A DNA stretch of 63,755 bases, the filler included, from Saprolegnia diclina VS20 (lineage: Eukaryota), in assembly GCF_000281045.1 (NCBI RefSeq). It is 3 parts of 2 records of this genome, joined end to end, with 100 filler letters (N's around TTAATTAATTAA, not from the genome) between each part and the next. Parts side by side here need not be neighbours in the genome. Positions count along the whole stretch, not along the records: positions 1 to 29,970 come from NW_008246107.1; 2 more parts are not named here. One strand, 5' to 3'. This document shows, in pieces, positions 1 through 12,051 of this stretch (positions are counted from its first letter, which is position 1; each line of letters begins with the position of its first letter). The notes beneath the pieces were generated by a model that was not told where the DNA came from, searched no databases, and saw only the letters and a list, made by a program, of their open reading frames with translations. The translations under genes and the position numbers were made by a program.

Positions 1-129
1 TGTCACCCAAATCCAGCCAAAAAACCGAGGATATAAAATTACGAATACGAATCCTAATGGTGCTAAAGATCCCGAGTTTGAGGTGTAACCGATTCACAGC
101 AAAGCGGTTACACGAGACTCCCCAGACAA

Positions 130-960
130 CACGCAACGTAAGGGCTTTCCAGGCTCCGCCATCGGCGGCAAAGCTACGCGGTTTCTTGAGGTCATCGAGA
201 GACGCAAGTGACGAAGGTCGCGTCCTCCGGTCGCAAATAAGCGGGCGGCGGCAATGTTTGCAGGGACGTTTCCTTCATGCGCAGCGTGGTCCAGTAGGCG
301 CCAGCGCTGACGAGCAACAATTTCACATAGCGGGCGGGACATATGCGGCGAGCGTGTTCGGGTTATATGGCGTAGTTCGCGAAAAATGGAGCAACTCGAC
401 CCCGAAAGTGTTTTACCCGGCACTGGTGTTCGAATGGCAGATACCAAGAAGACGGTGCAGCTGTCAGCGATGGAAGCTGTCGAGGCCCGCCAGACTCGTT
501 GACGTAAGGACCCATGTACCACATTCGTACGAGAGGACCGGGAGCACGTAGCATTTGTACAGCTGCACACAGTTGACTTCCGAGATGAGGCCCGGTGCAT
601 CCCGATCTTCCACATGGTGTTGAACGCCGCTGTCGCCAATCGCCTCCGAGCACGCAGATCGGCCGCGTCGTCGAGGTGGCTACCGAGCCTTTTGGTCATG
701 TGCCACGCCATAGAGGCGGGTTACGTCGACCTGAATACCTGCGTTTCTTCTGTCCTGTCTTCATTCATCTTTAGATCCCTTTGGACGAAGAAAGATGGCG
801 CCGCAGTCTTGACAGCAGCGTCGTGGCAGATGACGTTGGGGTCGTCAGCGTAGGCAACGGTGTGCTCGAGGATGTTGTCCACTCCGCTGAGCGTCTGCGC
901 GAGGTAGGAACATGATGAGCAACAACGAGTCGCCTTTTGGTCTGCCGATGATGGTCTCAA
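130..960 (-). mobile_element. Decayed non-LTR retrotransposon (LINE, RTE-like) reverse transcriptase fragment
   Basis: Minus-strand frames give VAYADD...DLKMNEDRTEE (YADD motif ~841-852), then KRLGSHL...RRRLATAAFNTMWKI, then LYKCYVLPVLSYECGTW...LDSFHR and RPLCEIVARQRWRLLDH. This is the typical RT C-terminal region of RTE-like LINEs, broken by stops and frameshifts. Confidence 0.85.
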
Positions 961-1314
961 ACAAACTTATAAGCAATTTATGAGGATACAAGTCCAGGCA
1001 ACAAGGCAATGTCCTAAGAGCATCCCCATCCTATTTCCTATTTTCTTGGAGAGCTGTGATTGGTGGATCCTATCATGAAATAGGAATTGGTTTGCTATCT
1101 CCACTTGTCCATCCAGTTTCTTCGTGCAATGAACGCGACAGATCGGCCGTCTCGGGCGTCACCGGAACAGAATATCACGTTCGCATTGCGCATACTTGCG
1201 TATAGAGCGCCCTTCGTGAAACGCAAACACCCTGTGCGTGAAAGCGAGCTATGACCTCGGTCTAAAACTGAGCCGCCTTCTTGTCGGGCGGGGCCTCTAA
1301 TCGAGCTGACGCTC

Positions 1315-1352
1315 ACCGACACCCAAAACCGACACCCAAAACCGACACCCAA
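1315..1352. repeat. 13-bp tandem repeat (ACCGACACCCAAA) x3
   Basis: Read directly from the sequence; lies inside the MITE. Confidence 0.9.
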
Positions 1353-1382
1353 GCTCGCGCGAGTGTGGCGACTGCCTCTGGT

Positions 1383-1435
1383 GCGTTGCTTGGTTTGTGC
1401 TCCTAGTGGGTCTAGGAGCACAAACCAAGCAACGC
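1383..1435. repeat. Perfect 24-bp inverted repeat with 5-nt loop
   Basis: GCGTTGCTTGGTTTGTGCTCCTAG (1383-1406), loop TGGGT, then CTAGGAGCACAAACCAAGCAACGC (1412-1435). Confidence 0.95.
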
Positions 1436-1934
1436 CCAGTACCTTTCTATAATCGATGCCCTCAACGCTTGTGGATGGATCCCAATCGAGGCTCCAATCA
1501 AGTCCACGGGATAAATAGGACAGTATTGCAATATTCTTCGGCTTTACCAATCAAATTGCCTAGAAATAGGATTTGGTTCCTATTTCACGACGATTTCGAC
1601 TTATTCGGCTAGGACAAAAAACGGCGGAATCCCTATTTTTTGGAGAATAGGAGGTCCGGTGAGTATTTTATCCGGATGCCATTTCGCCAGCACCTCAAAA
1701 TAGGGAATAGGACGTCGGGTGGAGATGCTATAATAGCCATGACATGAGAATACTTGTGCATTTACCTCGAGCTCCTTGCCTGGCAGGTCTGTTGGTATAC
1801 TTATACTCCTCTGCAAACAAGATCATCACTGGTATAGAGCGCTCGAGGCAAGCAGGAGAGGAACCGAATCGAGGTTTTTATGCACCCAACTGTGTGGTGG
1901 GTTTCCGGATTTGACATCCGGATAAGCATGCGAC

Positions 1935-3847
1935 ATGTGCGATCTTGCGTGTGTCACCATCGTCTGGCTTCGGCCGCTCCGCCCCACTTGCGAAGAAGGT
2001 GCGATGTTGGTGCTCTTGACGGCTGCCGTGCTCATCAGCACTGAGAGCGTGCGCTCGGCGCTCGAGACGACCTTTGCATGGGGCGTCGCCCTCCTCGTGG
2101 ACCACACGCAAGAGTTCTTCTGGGGCCTCCTGCTCCTCACGTGCTTTAGCCTCCTCAGCTACATCATGGAGCCGGAGAAGCCCAAGGGTCCGAAGGCGTC
2201 GCAGCCGCGCTGGGAGCTCTTCCGCCTCTCCAACTACTTTGTCATCGCCGTCTTTGTCGTGTCGCTCGCGACCCTCCTGTCCCACGAGAACCGCCTCGAC
2301 CACCGCGCCCCCAAGCCCAATCCGCTCGTCCTCTACGCCGCCGCCGCCGCGTGCATGCTCTCGCTGACGTATTTTTTTGCCTTCTTTGCTGTTGGCTTTG
2401 TCTCGAACCAAGTCGCCGACAGCGACGACGAAGACAAGTGGCCCGCAAAGGCGCCGCGCAAGTGCCAGCCAGAGCTCGCACCCGTCGCCCAGCTTGCCGC
2501 GGACGACGCTGCAGTCCTCGACCTTCTTATGACGAAGGACCCTGTGACGGGTCGCCCGCGCATGGCTCTTCATGAGCTCGAGAAGAAGCTTGGTGACATG
2601 GAGCGCGCCGTCCACTTGCGCCGCGAGTACTTCAAAGCGCAAAGTGCCCTCGACTTTTCCAACTTGCCCGTGCAAGGCTACGACTATGCCAAGGTTGACA
2701 TTGAGTTTGCAGCCGTGTGTGGTTGCTCATGCTACCTTTTAGATCTACGGTAGCAACTGTGAGGTTGTTGTTGGTTATGTTCCATTGCCCGTGGGCCTCG
2801 CTGGCCCAATCCAAGTCAACGGCGAGAATGTCTATTTGCCCATGGCCACGACCGAGGGCTGCCTCATCGCCAGCACGAACCGCGGTTGCAAAGTGCTTAG
2901 CATGGGCTCCGGCGTCCAGAGCGTCGTGCTTGCCGACGGCATCACACGCGCGCCATGCGTTCGCTTCCCCCGTGCGCGCGACGCAGCGGCGCTCAAGGCG
3001 TACCTTGACGACGCCGCCAACTGGACGGATGTCGCTGCCGCTTTCAACTCGACAACGCGCTATGGGCGCCTGACGTCGATCAAGACGATTCAGTCGGGAC
3101 GCAACTGCTATGTGCGCATCGTGTGCAACGCTGGGAACGCCATGGGCATGAACATGGTCTCCAAGGGGACGCTGGCAGTGCTCGGTCATCTTCAGGTATG
3201 CCATCATTGTCTTTATATTCTCATACATGGTGTCGTAGGAGCGGTTCCCGGACATGGAGCTCGTGGCTATCTCGGGGAATGTGTGCACCGACAAGAAGAG
3301 CGCCGCGATCAACTGGATCGACGGCCGCGGCAAGAGCGTCGTTGCCGATGCCGTGGTCAAGGCCGACGTTGTCGCACGCGTCCTGCACACGACGGTCGAT
3401 AAGCTTGTCGACTTGAACTTGCAAAAGAACCTCGTGGGCTCGGCCATGGCTGGTGCGCTCGGCGGCTTCAACGCGCACGCTGCCAACATTCTCACGGCCA
3501 TCTTCCTCGCGACGGGCCAAGATCCTGCCCAGAATGTCGAGTCGTCGAGCTGCATGACGATGCTCGAGAAGACAAAGGACGGCGATCTCTACATTAGCGT
3601 CACCATGCCGTCCATCGAAGTGGGCACTGTTGGCGGCGGCACGCACCTCGGCCCGCAACAAGCTTGTCTAGGACTCATGGGATGCGCGCCGCACCAGGCC
3701 AACGACGACGCGACGTCGGAACAAGGTGCGCGCCGTCTTGCTTGCGCGATCGCGGCGGGCGTCATGGCCGGCGAGCTCTCGCTCCTCGCTGCCATCTCCA
3801 CAAACGAGCTTGTCAAGAGCCACATGGAGCTCAACCGCAAAAAGTAG
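1935..3847 (+). CDS. HMGCR: Class I HMG-CoA reductase with N-terminal membrane segments; introns 2694-2742 and 3196-3238
   Basis: Spliced product contains [70 protein letters not shown] and the catalytic His in [10 protein letters not shown]. Confidence 0.97.
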
Positions 3848-3923
3848 GCCCCGTACATAATTCCCTGTAACTCGCCTTCTGATTGGCTGATTGGGATCTT
3901 GACGGGGCGTCGTAACAGTCGCC

Positions 3924-6755
3924 ATGCGGGCCGTGCACGGACTCTGGTTTGGCTCAATGCCGCGGCCGGTGACAGCTAAGGACGCCGCGGGCGCCGTCGC
4001 CATAGCTCGACGCTCTGTAAGATGTATGCTCTCGAACATCGCTTCATTGATCGTGCTAGTTGGCGCTGCAGCTCGCGGTATGTGCGCCGCAACACGAGCG
4101 GGTGTGGGGTGATGATGTGGCCACCATCCCGGGTGCACTTGCCGCGTACCTCGAGGTGCTCAACGCGCAAGTTAACGATGGACCATTACTGGAGGCAGAC
4201 TTTTCGTGGGAGCACGCATGCGCCCAGTCCTTGCCGCCAATGTCGTGGCGTGACCGCGACCAAGCATTTGTCGTGCTCTGCCTCGGGTTTTTGACCGCGC
4301 TGGAAGCCGAAGAGAGAACCCGTGTCGCAGATGACGCGCTCGGAATCACCGAAGTACGTACGCATTGGCTTCACTCTCTTGCAAACAAATCGGTAGCGCT
4401 GGCGCCGCGCCGCGGGCTACTTTGGTGATGCTTCGCTCGGTATTTCCTTGCTTCGTCGTCGCCGCGAATTGAAGCAGTGAGATAGCGACGCTGCCTCATG
4501 CCCGCCTGTGGCAACAACTCGCAGTTGTCGCTGCCCATGCGTCCGAGCTGCGAAATGTCCGTATTGCTACTGCCTTTCATGAGCAGATGTGTGGCGCGTA
4601 GGTGGAGGCTGCGGAAACGTCAAAAGTGCAGCTGGCACGGTACCACTCGGCCGTCAGTCGAAGCGCTTATAGCGCGTGCGTCGCTGCATCCGAAGCGGTT
4701 GAAGCACTCCCACCCGCAGTCCCGTACGCTGACTCGAGTCAGAATGACTCTGACGACGTCACTTTAGCTTGTCGCACCAGTTACGCTGGCATGTGAACGC
4801 GGCCAAGGTTGCATGTCGAAATACGTATTGGCAAAACGAAGCCATCGTCTTTGCCGATGCGCATCAACCGCGTAAGATGCATCTGTGCGGATTCCGAAAC
4901 TACAAGCCTCTTTTAGAGCTGGCACTTGTTTTCACGGATGCTGTCTCCAAGACGAAGCTGCCAATTCCCCCGCAGTACTCACACAGCGCGTGCCGAGCGT
5001 TCACAGCACTCATGCACAGCACGGTGAGCGCCCATCAAGAGCTCCTCCAGTGGGCTCTCGAGGAGAAGAGCCGGCTAAAAGCCGCTGTCCAAGCCCCACC
5101 CCTAGCACGTACGACTGCCGCTGCCAACTCTCAGTTGCGACAAATATGTGTTGTTAGATGATCAGCTCACGCGGTTTCTGTCCATTGCACCACTCTCCTT
5201 GACGTCCTTGCAGCCTTTCCCGGAATCGACGGCGCTCCAGCCGAATAATGAGAATCAAGCAGAGCCAAAGAAGCCCATTCCAGGACTCATGGTTCAACCG
5301 CAGCCCACTAACCGAGACGAGGCGTGGACATTGGCCGTCGCACCCGATCCCTCGTTAAGTGTCCTCCGAAACGTGCATTCGATGCCGTCGCTCACGCCCC
5401 GGGTTTGGCACATGGAAGCTCCATCATGTTCATTTCGAGCGTAGACTATTTTACGTTCATCGACGAGCATGCTGGAGCTGGCGCTGCCTGCGTGCACGAA
5501 CGACCCTTACCATTGCCACCGATCACTCTCCGTCTTCAAGCGCAAGGCATGCGGCCTCTGTGAGCGCGCCTTTCCGGTATATTCCACCAACCAAGAGACT
5601 GTACTTAATGCCCGTAGGCAGGAAATCTACCTGGTGAGGTTGTGCGACGCCGCATCCTCGAGTTGCGAGTCTTTTGGGGCGTCGAGTCGGAGAAGAACCC
5701 CAAGCATGCGCCCGCGTCCTTCCTCTACCACACGGTTCGCGTCTGCTTGCTTTGCCATGAGATTCTCTCGGCCCCGCCCACCGCAGGCGCCAAACACGCG
5801 CTTGCAACCGAGGCCTCCATCACAACGCACGTTGGCCGCCTGCGCAAGCACAGCATTCTCACGACAGCAGCCAAGACGGATGAGATCGGCTACATGATCC
5901 ACGAGTCGATTCTCAACGACGCTCTATTGTTGCTGGAAGCTCCTGGCCACCTCCACCACCGGCGGGACATTACGCAGCGCCCCAACGTACGCGCGACCAT
6001 GAGCTCCAGTCTTCTTCTCGGCGTTGCCGCCAACGCCATCGACCGCAGCGCGACGCGGGGCATCCACACCCAAGAGGAGCTGGGTAGCCACTATTCTAGA
6101 CTTCCAGAGCATAATATCGCTGTGTGTAGCCCCGTGGTGGGAAGTCGATCTGGGCACGCACTGCTCGATTTCGTCTGTTGAGATTTGGAACTGCGTCGAC
6201 AGCGACCCGTGCGTTGCCGAGTGCCTCTTTCCGTGCCACATTGTGCTGCTCATGAAGCCAGGCCACGGACGCGACCTTCTCACCCTCACGGCCCTCGGCG
6301 TCGACTCGACCGTTGTTCACAGCGTAGTACGAGCACGAGCGGCCGCAGACCAGCAGCATTGATTTCGAGTGTGTAGGTGCAGCCTATTCGGTGGGAGCCC
6401 AAGGCAGGCAGCGTCGCCCGGTATTTTGCACGGGTCATGAACTCTCCCTCATTTCTCACGCACTAGCTATGTGCGCGTGGTTGCCAACAAGTGGACGTAC
6501 CTCCACGTCGAGCGCATCCACGTGTTCGGGTCACCCGTCCAGCAAGAAGCCGATGTTCTCAAGAAGAAGCGACCGTCGTCGACGGGCACGTCGTCAAAGC
6601 TGCGTTTGCTCCGGAACGATCCCACGAGCGTCTTTAGCCGCCCCAAGAGCGCGGGCTTTCTTGTCCCGACAGCTAGCAGCCACGTGCGATCCCAAATCGG
6701 CCACGAGATCCGCGCCCAGCTCGACGCCGAACGAGCTTCATGCTTAGACACTTGA
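3924..6755 (+). CDS. Multi-exon hypothetical protein (possibly two genes) with a CxxC...CxxC segment and a C-terminal galactose-binding/F5-8-like domain
   Basis: Chain of short exons with GT-AG introns (first intron 4017-4059). Motifs CGLCERAFP...VRVCLLCHE, PWWEVDLG...VEIWN and YVRVVANKWTYLHVERIHVFG. Confidence 0.55.
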
Positions 6756-6798
6756 TTACGCTAAACGAGTTGCGCTCGTGTCGATCATCGATCGCCGT

Positions 6799-7774
6799 CT
6801 ATCTCAGGATGCCGTTGCAGACGCTCGGCGACGCGCACGGACCCGCCGACGTCATGAGCACGTGGTTCTTCCACTTGGCAACGCCGTTGGCGTCCGACGA
6901 GAGGTGCTACGATGATCCATCAATTTGCATCTGTGCCTGAGCAATTGCTCATCCTACCTCGCCAGCGACAACAACAACCTTCTTCTTCTCAACCTGTGCC
7001 GGCGTCCACGGCTCACCCGAGAGGCCTTCGTAGTGGATGCGCTCGCCAATCTAAATCACGCGTCTTGAGACGCAGCGTTTCACGTTCGTGTACCTTGGCG
7101 TTGGCAGGCGGCTCAACGAACGCCACGCGCTCCGACCCGTCGGCGTCGGTCGCAACGGCGCAGAGCACCATACCATGACTCTTGAAGCCCACGAGGCTGC
7201 GCGGCTTGAGGTTGCACATAACGAGGAGCATACGTCCCTATCGACAATGACGAGTCCGACCATGGATGGCATGTTGTCCTACCTGCATTTGCTCCAGCGA
7301 GTAATGCTTGACGAGGCCACTCGCAATCAGACGCGGCTCGCCCTCGCCCTATGCACGCCCAAAGAAGATCGCATTTCGTTCGCTCAGGTGGTGATGGGAC
7401 AACGTACGACGTCGATCTCTTCGCAGTAGAGCCTACGCGACGAGGTGAGATGTGTTGATTCGAGTATATGGACACGTACTTGTCCGCCGTCTCGTGCTTC
7501 CAGACCTTGGTGATCTTGCCAACACGAATATCGAGCTTTGTGATCTCGGGCTGGTCGTCGGCCGCAGGCGCAGCCGCCGGCTTCTTGGCCTCTTTCTTCT
7601 GCTCCTTCTTCTGCTCCTTCTTCGGCTTGTCCGTCTTCGCCGCCTTGGCCCCAATGGTCTGGCCAGGTGCAAGGCCCAACGTGGCCTCGAGGCCCACAAT
7701 GATCTAGCGCGATGATGAGCGGAAGCAGCCACGCAGCAGCCTACCTGGTCCAGCTGTGCCAACGACGCGCTCAT
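6799..7774 (-). CDS. tRNA-binding OB-fold protein (Arc1p/EMAP-II/MetRS C-terminal-like), multi-exon
   Basis: Lys-rich linker, then LDIRVGKITKVWKHETADKLYCEEID...IASGL...CNLKPRSLVGFKSHGMVLCA...VEPP. Confidence 0.92.
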
Positions 7775-8084
7775 GACAAAAATGACTGACGCAACGATTT
7801 TGTCCCGTTTTGCCCATCCGCGAAGCAGAGAGCACTTGATTTGAGTAGCATGCTTCGATTGGGGTAAAACCCAAACCTGGGATAAACCTAGCAAGAGACA
7901 GCATGCGACTCAATCGCAGCGTCCAGGGCGACGCGATTCGCGCATCATGATGCTGCGCCAAGGTCGTCTTGGTCTCGACGTTCTTGGCTGCGGCCACGCG
8001 CCGCCATGGTATCGGCAACACCGGAGTGATGGTCGAAGCTTGGTTACCGTCACTCTTCCCCGTCCCGTCGCTCGCCACTTCGAA

Positions 8085-8510
8085 ATGAGCCGCGGCTGGG
8101 CACTTGTCATTCTCTCGCTGATCCTCTCGGCCGCTGCCATGTCCCCCAAGGTCGCGCCCGCGCTGGCCACGGCCTTTGAGACGACGGACCGCGTCAACAT
8201 CATGGTCGAGCTTGACGGATCGACCGAGTCGGTCGAGAACCGGTCGTCGTCGGGCGACAACACCAACTACATGCACGACCTGCAGGCCTTCACTGCCGCC
8301 CGGCAGCAAGCCGTAAAGGACGTGCTCGCCGCTCACCCGACAGAGTTCTCGGGCGAGCCCAAGTTTTTCTGGATCACAAACAAGGTCTCGGTACCACAAG
8401 CATCCGCTGTCCTCGTCATGGAGCTCGCCGACCTTTCTTCCGTCGTCGCGATCACGGGCCAGCACATTGTTCACATCCAACCCATTTCGATCGAGCGCGA
8501 AGGCTTCTAA
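8085..8510 (+). CDS. Secreted 141-aa protein resembling only the propeptide (I9-like) of oomycete S8 subtilisins
   Basis: Signal peptide MSRGWALVILSLILSAAA, followed by VNIMVEL...LQAFTAARQQAVKDVL...KFFWITNKVSVPQAS...LVMELADLSSVVAI. The stop is at 8510 and no catalytic domain follows. The family assignment is from recall of oomycete subtilisin prodomains. Confidence 0.7.
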   Translation: MSRGWALVILSLILSAAAMSPKVAPALATAFETTDRVNIMVELDGSTESVENRSSSGDNTNYMHDLQAFTAARQQAVKDVLAAHPTEFSGEPKFFWITNKVSVPQASAVLVMELADLSSVVAITGQHIVHIQPISIEREGF

Positions 8511-8590
8511 TGCTGATCCAATTTATCTTGTTGCAAGCACCTCCTCCATGCGGTGGTGATTTTGAGAGGATGTAAGAGGTCGTCGTGTTG

Positions 8591-9777
8591 TCAAAGTGGA
8601 GCACGCTGGTTCGACGACGTTCTCAGCAGCTTGTAGCCTAGGCTTCGACTGCCCGTATGGTGCTCCGGCGCCAACACCACGGGCACTTGGCACGGTCGCT
8701 GGCTCTGCTCAAGCGACCTTTGGAGGCTTAGATTTGACGTCATTGGCACTTGCAACGGTGAGTTCTGGTGGATATGCAGTCGCATGGGTGTCAGCTCGGC
8801 CTTCCCGACCCGCGTGAAGCGACCGGGTTTTGGCACGTCGGGCGCCGCGACGTCCTCTCGCAGCTCGCACCCGACGTCACGCTTGGCGTGGACGACGACG
8901 TTGCCGTTAGCGTCCCGAAACCACGTCGCGTCGTGCTCGAGGGGTCGCAGCAGCCGTCCGACGGGCTTTTCTTTCGTCACACGCGGCGCCGAGCGTCGGC
9001 TTGGCGTCGAGGCAAGAGGCTTAGCGCCATACTGCTCCGGAACGTGGAGGCTTTCGAGGCGCCGAGCTCGGTTGGCTTTGGCTTGGAGGCACGTCGGATT
9101 CATAGCGGGTGCGACAGCCAAATCGGCTGGATTGAGCGGCTCGTGCAGCACCAAAATTGCATTGTCCAGGTCGTACTCGATAGGAATTGTGTCGGGCGGC
9201 GCCGACTCCTTGGTGGTCCCGCGCTGTGTCTTTGGGTCCTGCACTGTCGCCGCATCGGCTGAGGCGAGGTTGGTTATCCACGCCTCCGCGCCTGCTTGTT
9301 TCAGCACCGTCTTGAACTTTGTCTGCACGAATGCAAATGAGATGCATCGATGCATGACCCCACCTTGCAGATGCTGAGGAGCGTCGACTTGTACCGGAGA
9401 GCGACAATATCGTAGGGCAGTGGCGCGCGAGCGAGCAGGGCGTGAGCGCACAAGACGCTGCCTACCAAGATAATGTAGTTGGTGGGAATGGTGAAGTGGA
9501 CCTGGGTCGCAGAGATGCTGCAGCGCCGCGTCGGAAGACCGGAGAGCAAATTGGCCTTCGACAACAAAGTAGATTTCGTGGGGCACACTGCCGGCGGCGA
9601 GCACCTAGTGCGCTCAATGGCGTCGCGTGTCATGCGATACACACCAACCTTTTGGCCCAGGACAAAGTGGCGCGCGGAGAGCAGCTGCAGGAGCGTCTCC
9701 CACGGAATCGTCTTCGCGATGTGGCTCAGGATTGGGATCGAGAGCACGACGTCCGTGTAGTGGACATGGTGCAGCAT
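8591..9777 (-). CDS. Cyclic-nucleotide-binding (cNMP)-like domain protein, multi-exon
   Basis: SIPILSHI...RHFVLGQK|VLAAGSVPHEIYFVVEGQF resembles the start of a CNB domain; low-complexity C-terminus. Start codon uncertain. Confidence 0.55.
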
Positions 9778-9836
9778 GCGCGCCAAAGTTACGTCTTGAG
9801 CGAAACCGACGCTATTTCTTATTGTTAATAAGACTC

Positions 9837-10951
9837 TCACGTCAATTTCGCTGGAATGGCGAGGCGGGCGTCGGCCGCGTTGCCCCAGCAGACGACGCTG
9901 CCCGAGTCGGACGCGATGCCACAGCCATGGTCCCACCCGAGGGTGAGCTCATCGAGGCGCAGGTTGGCGGGTACGCCCGTGACACCTTCTTTCATGCCCC
10001 AGCACACGGCGCGCTTGTCCTCCTAATATCGTCCAGGCTTGCGTTTGCTTACGCGAGGTGATTGCTACCAGAAGGCCACATGCCGAGAGGCGACTGGTGC
10101 TGACGAGCAAGTACGAGCCACTTGGCGCCTCGAGCTGTTTGCGATGGTTGTCGCCCCAGCACACGACCCCCTTTGCAACCGTGACACCGCACGAAAAGTC
10201 ACCCGGCGCGGAAGACACTTGCACAAACTTGACGTCGTTCGGCGCTGTGCTCTGGCCCTACACACAACGCTGAGCACGATGCTGAGAGGCAGCTGCGTAC
10301 GCGGTGGTTGGCGCCCCAGCATACCACAGATCCGTCGACCGCCAGTGCACACGAGTGGCCCTAGCCGCAAAAAGATGACGAGATGTCGCTGAAGCCGAGC
10401 TACCTGGCCGCAGCTGACTTGGACATAGTTGCCAGGCGGAGCGTCGAGCTGACCGTCGTAATTGGCACCTGCTTTCATTCAGAGGCGCAGCGAAGAGGAA
10501 CATGTACCCCAGCACGACAGCGCCCCGTCCTTGAGAATGCCGCATGTGTGAAAATCACCGCTGCTCACTTGCACAAAGAGACCTTGGGGCGTCATGGCGT
10601 GGTTGGGATCGCCCCAGCACGCGACGGTCTCGTCGAGCTTGACGCCACAAGTGTGGAAGCGTCCGCTGCTCACTTGGATGAACTCGGACTACGCAGCTAC
10701 AATGTTATGCATGCAGCGACACTTGCAGCTTGTACGTCGGGCGGCGACGCCTGGCCCATGCTGTCGTCGCCCCAGCACAGCACCTTGCCACCAAAGTCGG
10801 CCGCCGAGACCGAGTGGATCGCGCACGTGTGGCTGCTGCCAGTCGAGACCGTCGTGTCGTCAATGTCGACATGCGCCACGACCTCCTCGTCGTCGCCCGC
10901 GACTACGCGCAGCCAGAGACTCCATAGCAGTGGCCACGGTCGCGTGTGCAT
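9837..10951 (-). CDS. Putatively secreted RCC1/BLIP-II-like beta-propeller repeat protein, multi-exon
   Basis: Repeated VSSGxFHTCG...V/LxCWGDx units (about 6-7) after a hydrophobic N-terminus MHTRPWPLLWSLWLRVVAG. Confidence 0.8.
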
Positions 10952-11017
10952 TTCCTTGCCCTTTGGATCCTTTGACGCTCCGGATTGGCTGCGATTCTGG
11001 CCAATCCAAAGCGGCGG
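10952..11017. promoter_or_regulatory. Putative compact bidirectional promoter with inverted CCAAT boxes
   Basis: Only 66 bp between divergent ATGs. GGATTGGC (10982-10989) and GCCAATCC (11000-11007) are exact reverse complements. Confidence 0.45.
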
Positions 11018-12025
11018 ATGAAAAACTCGGCAGCGACCGCGGTGCTCCTCGACTCGGCGCTCCTCGGCGTCGTGGCGTCCTTTCAAGGCGGCTGCGTCGA
11101 GGACCTCTTGCCGTACGCCCGCGACTACGCAGCAGCCTTTGCTCTTGACATGCCGCTACCGTCGTGCGCGAGCATCAGCAATCTGGACTACATGTGGGCG
11201 CGCACCCTCGTCACGGCGCTCGGCCGCGAGGTCGACCGCGCCCGCACGACCACCCGCCTTACGCGGTATTGCCCACACATGTGGACGGTCACATCTGTGA
11301 ACCTCGCCGCCGCCCGCGGCTACCTTGATGTCTTGCAGGCCTTGCACGCTGCGAACCATCTCCAAACAAGCCCTGACGCCCTCAACGAAGCCGCTGCCAA
11401 CGGGCATATGGATGTTGTGCGCTTTCTCCATGAGCATGGCCAGAGCGGATGCACTGTGCGGGCAATGAACGGCGCCGCTCAGTACGGACACCTCGACGTC
11501 GTTCAGTTTCTGGACTCGCACCGAAGCGAAGGCTGCACGGTCACCGCGATGAACGCTGCGGCAATCAACGGCCACTATGAGATTGTCGAGTACCTCCATA
11601 TGCATCGATCGGAAGGCTGCACGACGAGCGCCATGGACGGCGCGGCCAAGAACGGGCATCTCTCTCTCGTGACGTTTCTGCAGACGCACCGAGAAGAAGG
11701 CTGCACGACGGACGCGATGGACGGTGCGCTCCTGTACCACCACGTGGACGTTGCCACGTATTTGCATGCGCACCGAGATGAAGGCTGCACGCCCCACGCC
11801 TTGTACGCCGCCGCGTACGAAGGCGATCTAGTCAACCTCCGCTTCCTCTGCGAAACGCGCCTCGAGCCATTCCGTCAAGACGTTCTGGACGCGGCCGTCG
11901 CCCAAGGTCACGTGGCCGCAGTCTCGTACTTGCACGCAGTGTGGCGCGTCGACGCCGTGACAGCGATGACCAACAGCGTCACGGCCCACGCCCAAGAGTG
12001 GCGTCGCCGCCTCACGAAAGCATAA
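11018..12025 (+). CDS. Ankyrin-repeat protein (oomycete-expanded EGCTxxAMDxAAxNGH type)
   Basis: About 6 repeats of EGCT..AM..AA.NGH..VV.FL..HR; intronless. Confidence 0.92.
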   Translation: MKNSAATAVLLDSALLGVVASFQGGCVEDLLPYARDYAAAFALDMPLPSCASISNLDYMWARTLVTALGREVDRARTTTRLTRYCPHMWTVTSVNLAAARGYLDVLQALHAANHLQTSPDALNEAAANGHMDVVRFLHEHGQSGCTVRAMNGAAQYGHLDVVQFLDSHRSEGCTVTAMNAAAINGHYEIVEYLHMHRSEGCTTSAMDGAAKNGHLSLVTFLQTHREEGCTTDAMDGALLYHHVDVATYLHAHRDEGCTPHALYAAAYEGDLVNLRFLCETRLEPFRQDVLDAAVAQGHVAAVSYLHAVWRVDAVTAMTNSVTAHAQEWRRRLTKA

Positions 12026-12051
12026 AATCAAATTGTTGTGGTTACGCTCGC

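Larger units (their letters stand above)
1018..1730. mobile_element. Tourist-like (PIF/Harbinger) non-autonomous element, ~713 bp
   Basis: Left end is TAA|GAGCATCCCCA (1018-1028) and right end is TGGAGATGCTA|TAA (1720-1730): imperfect TIRs with a TAA target duplication. Subterminal CCTATTT/AAATAGG motifs are also inverted. The element is AT-richer than the genes and has no convincing ORF. Confidence 0.75.
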
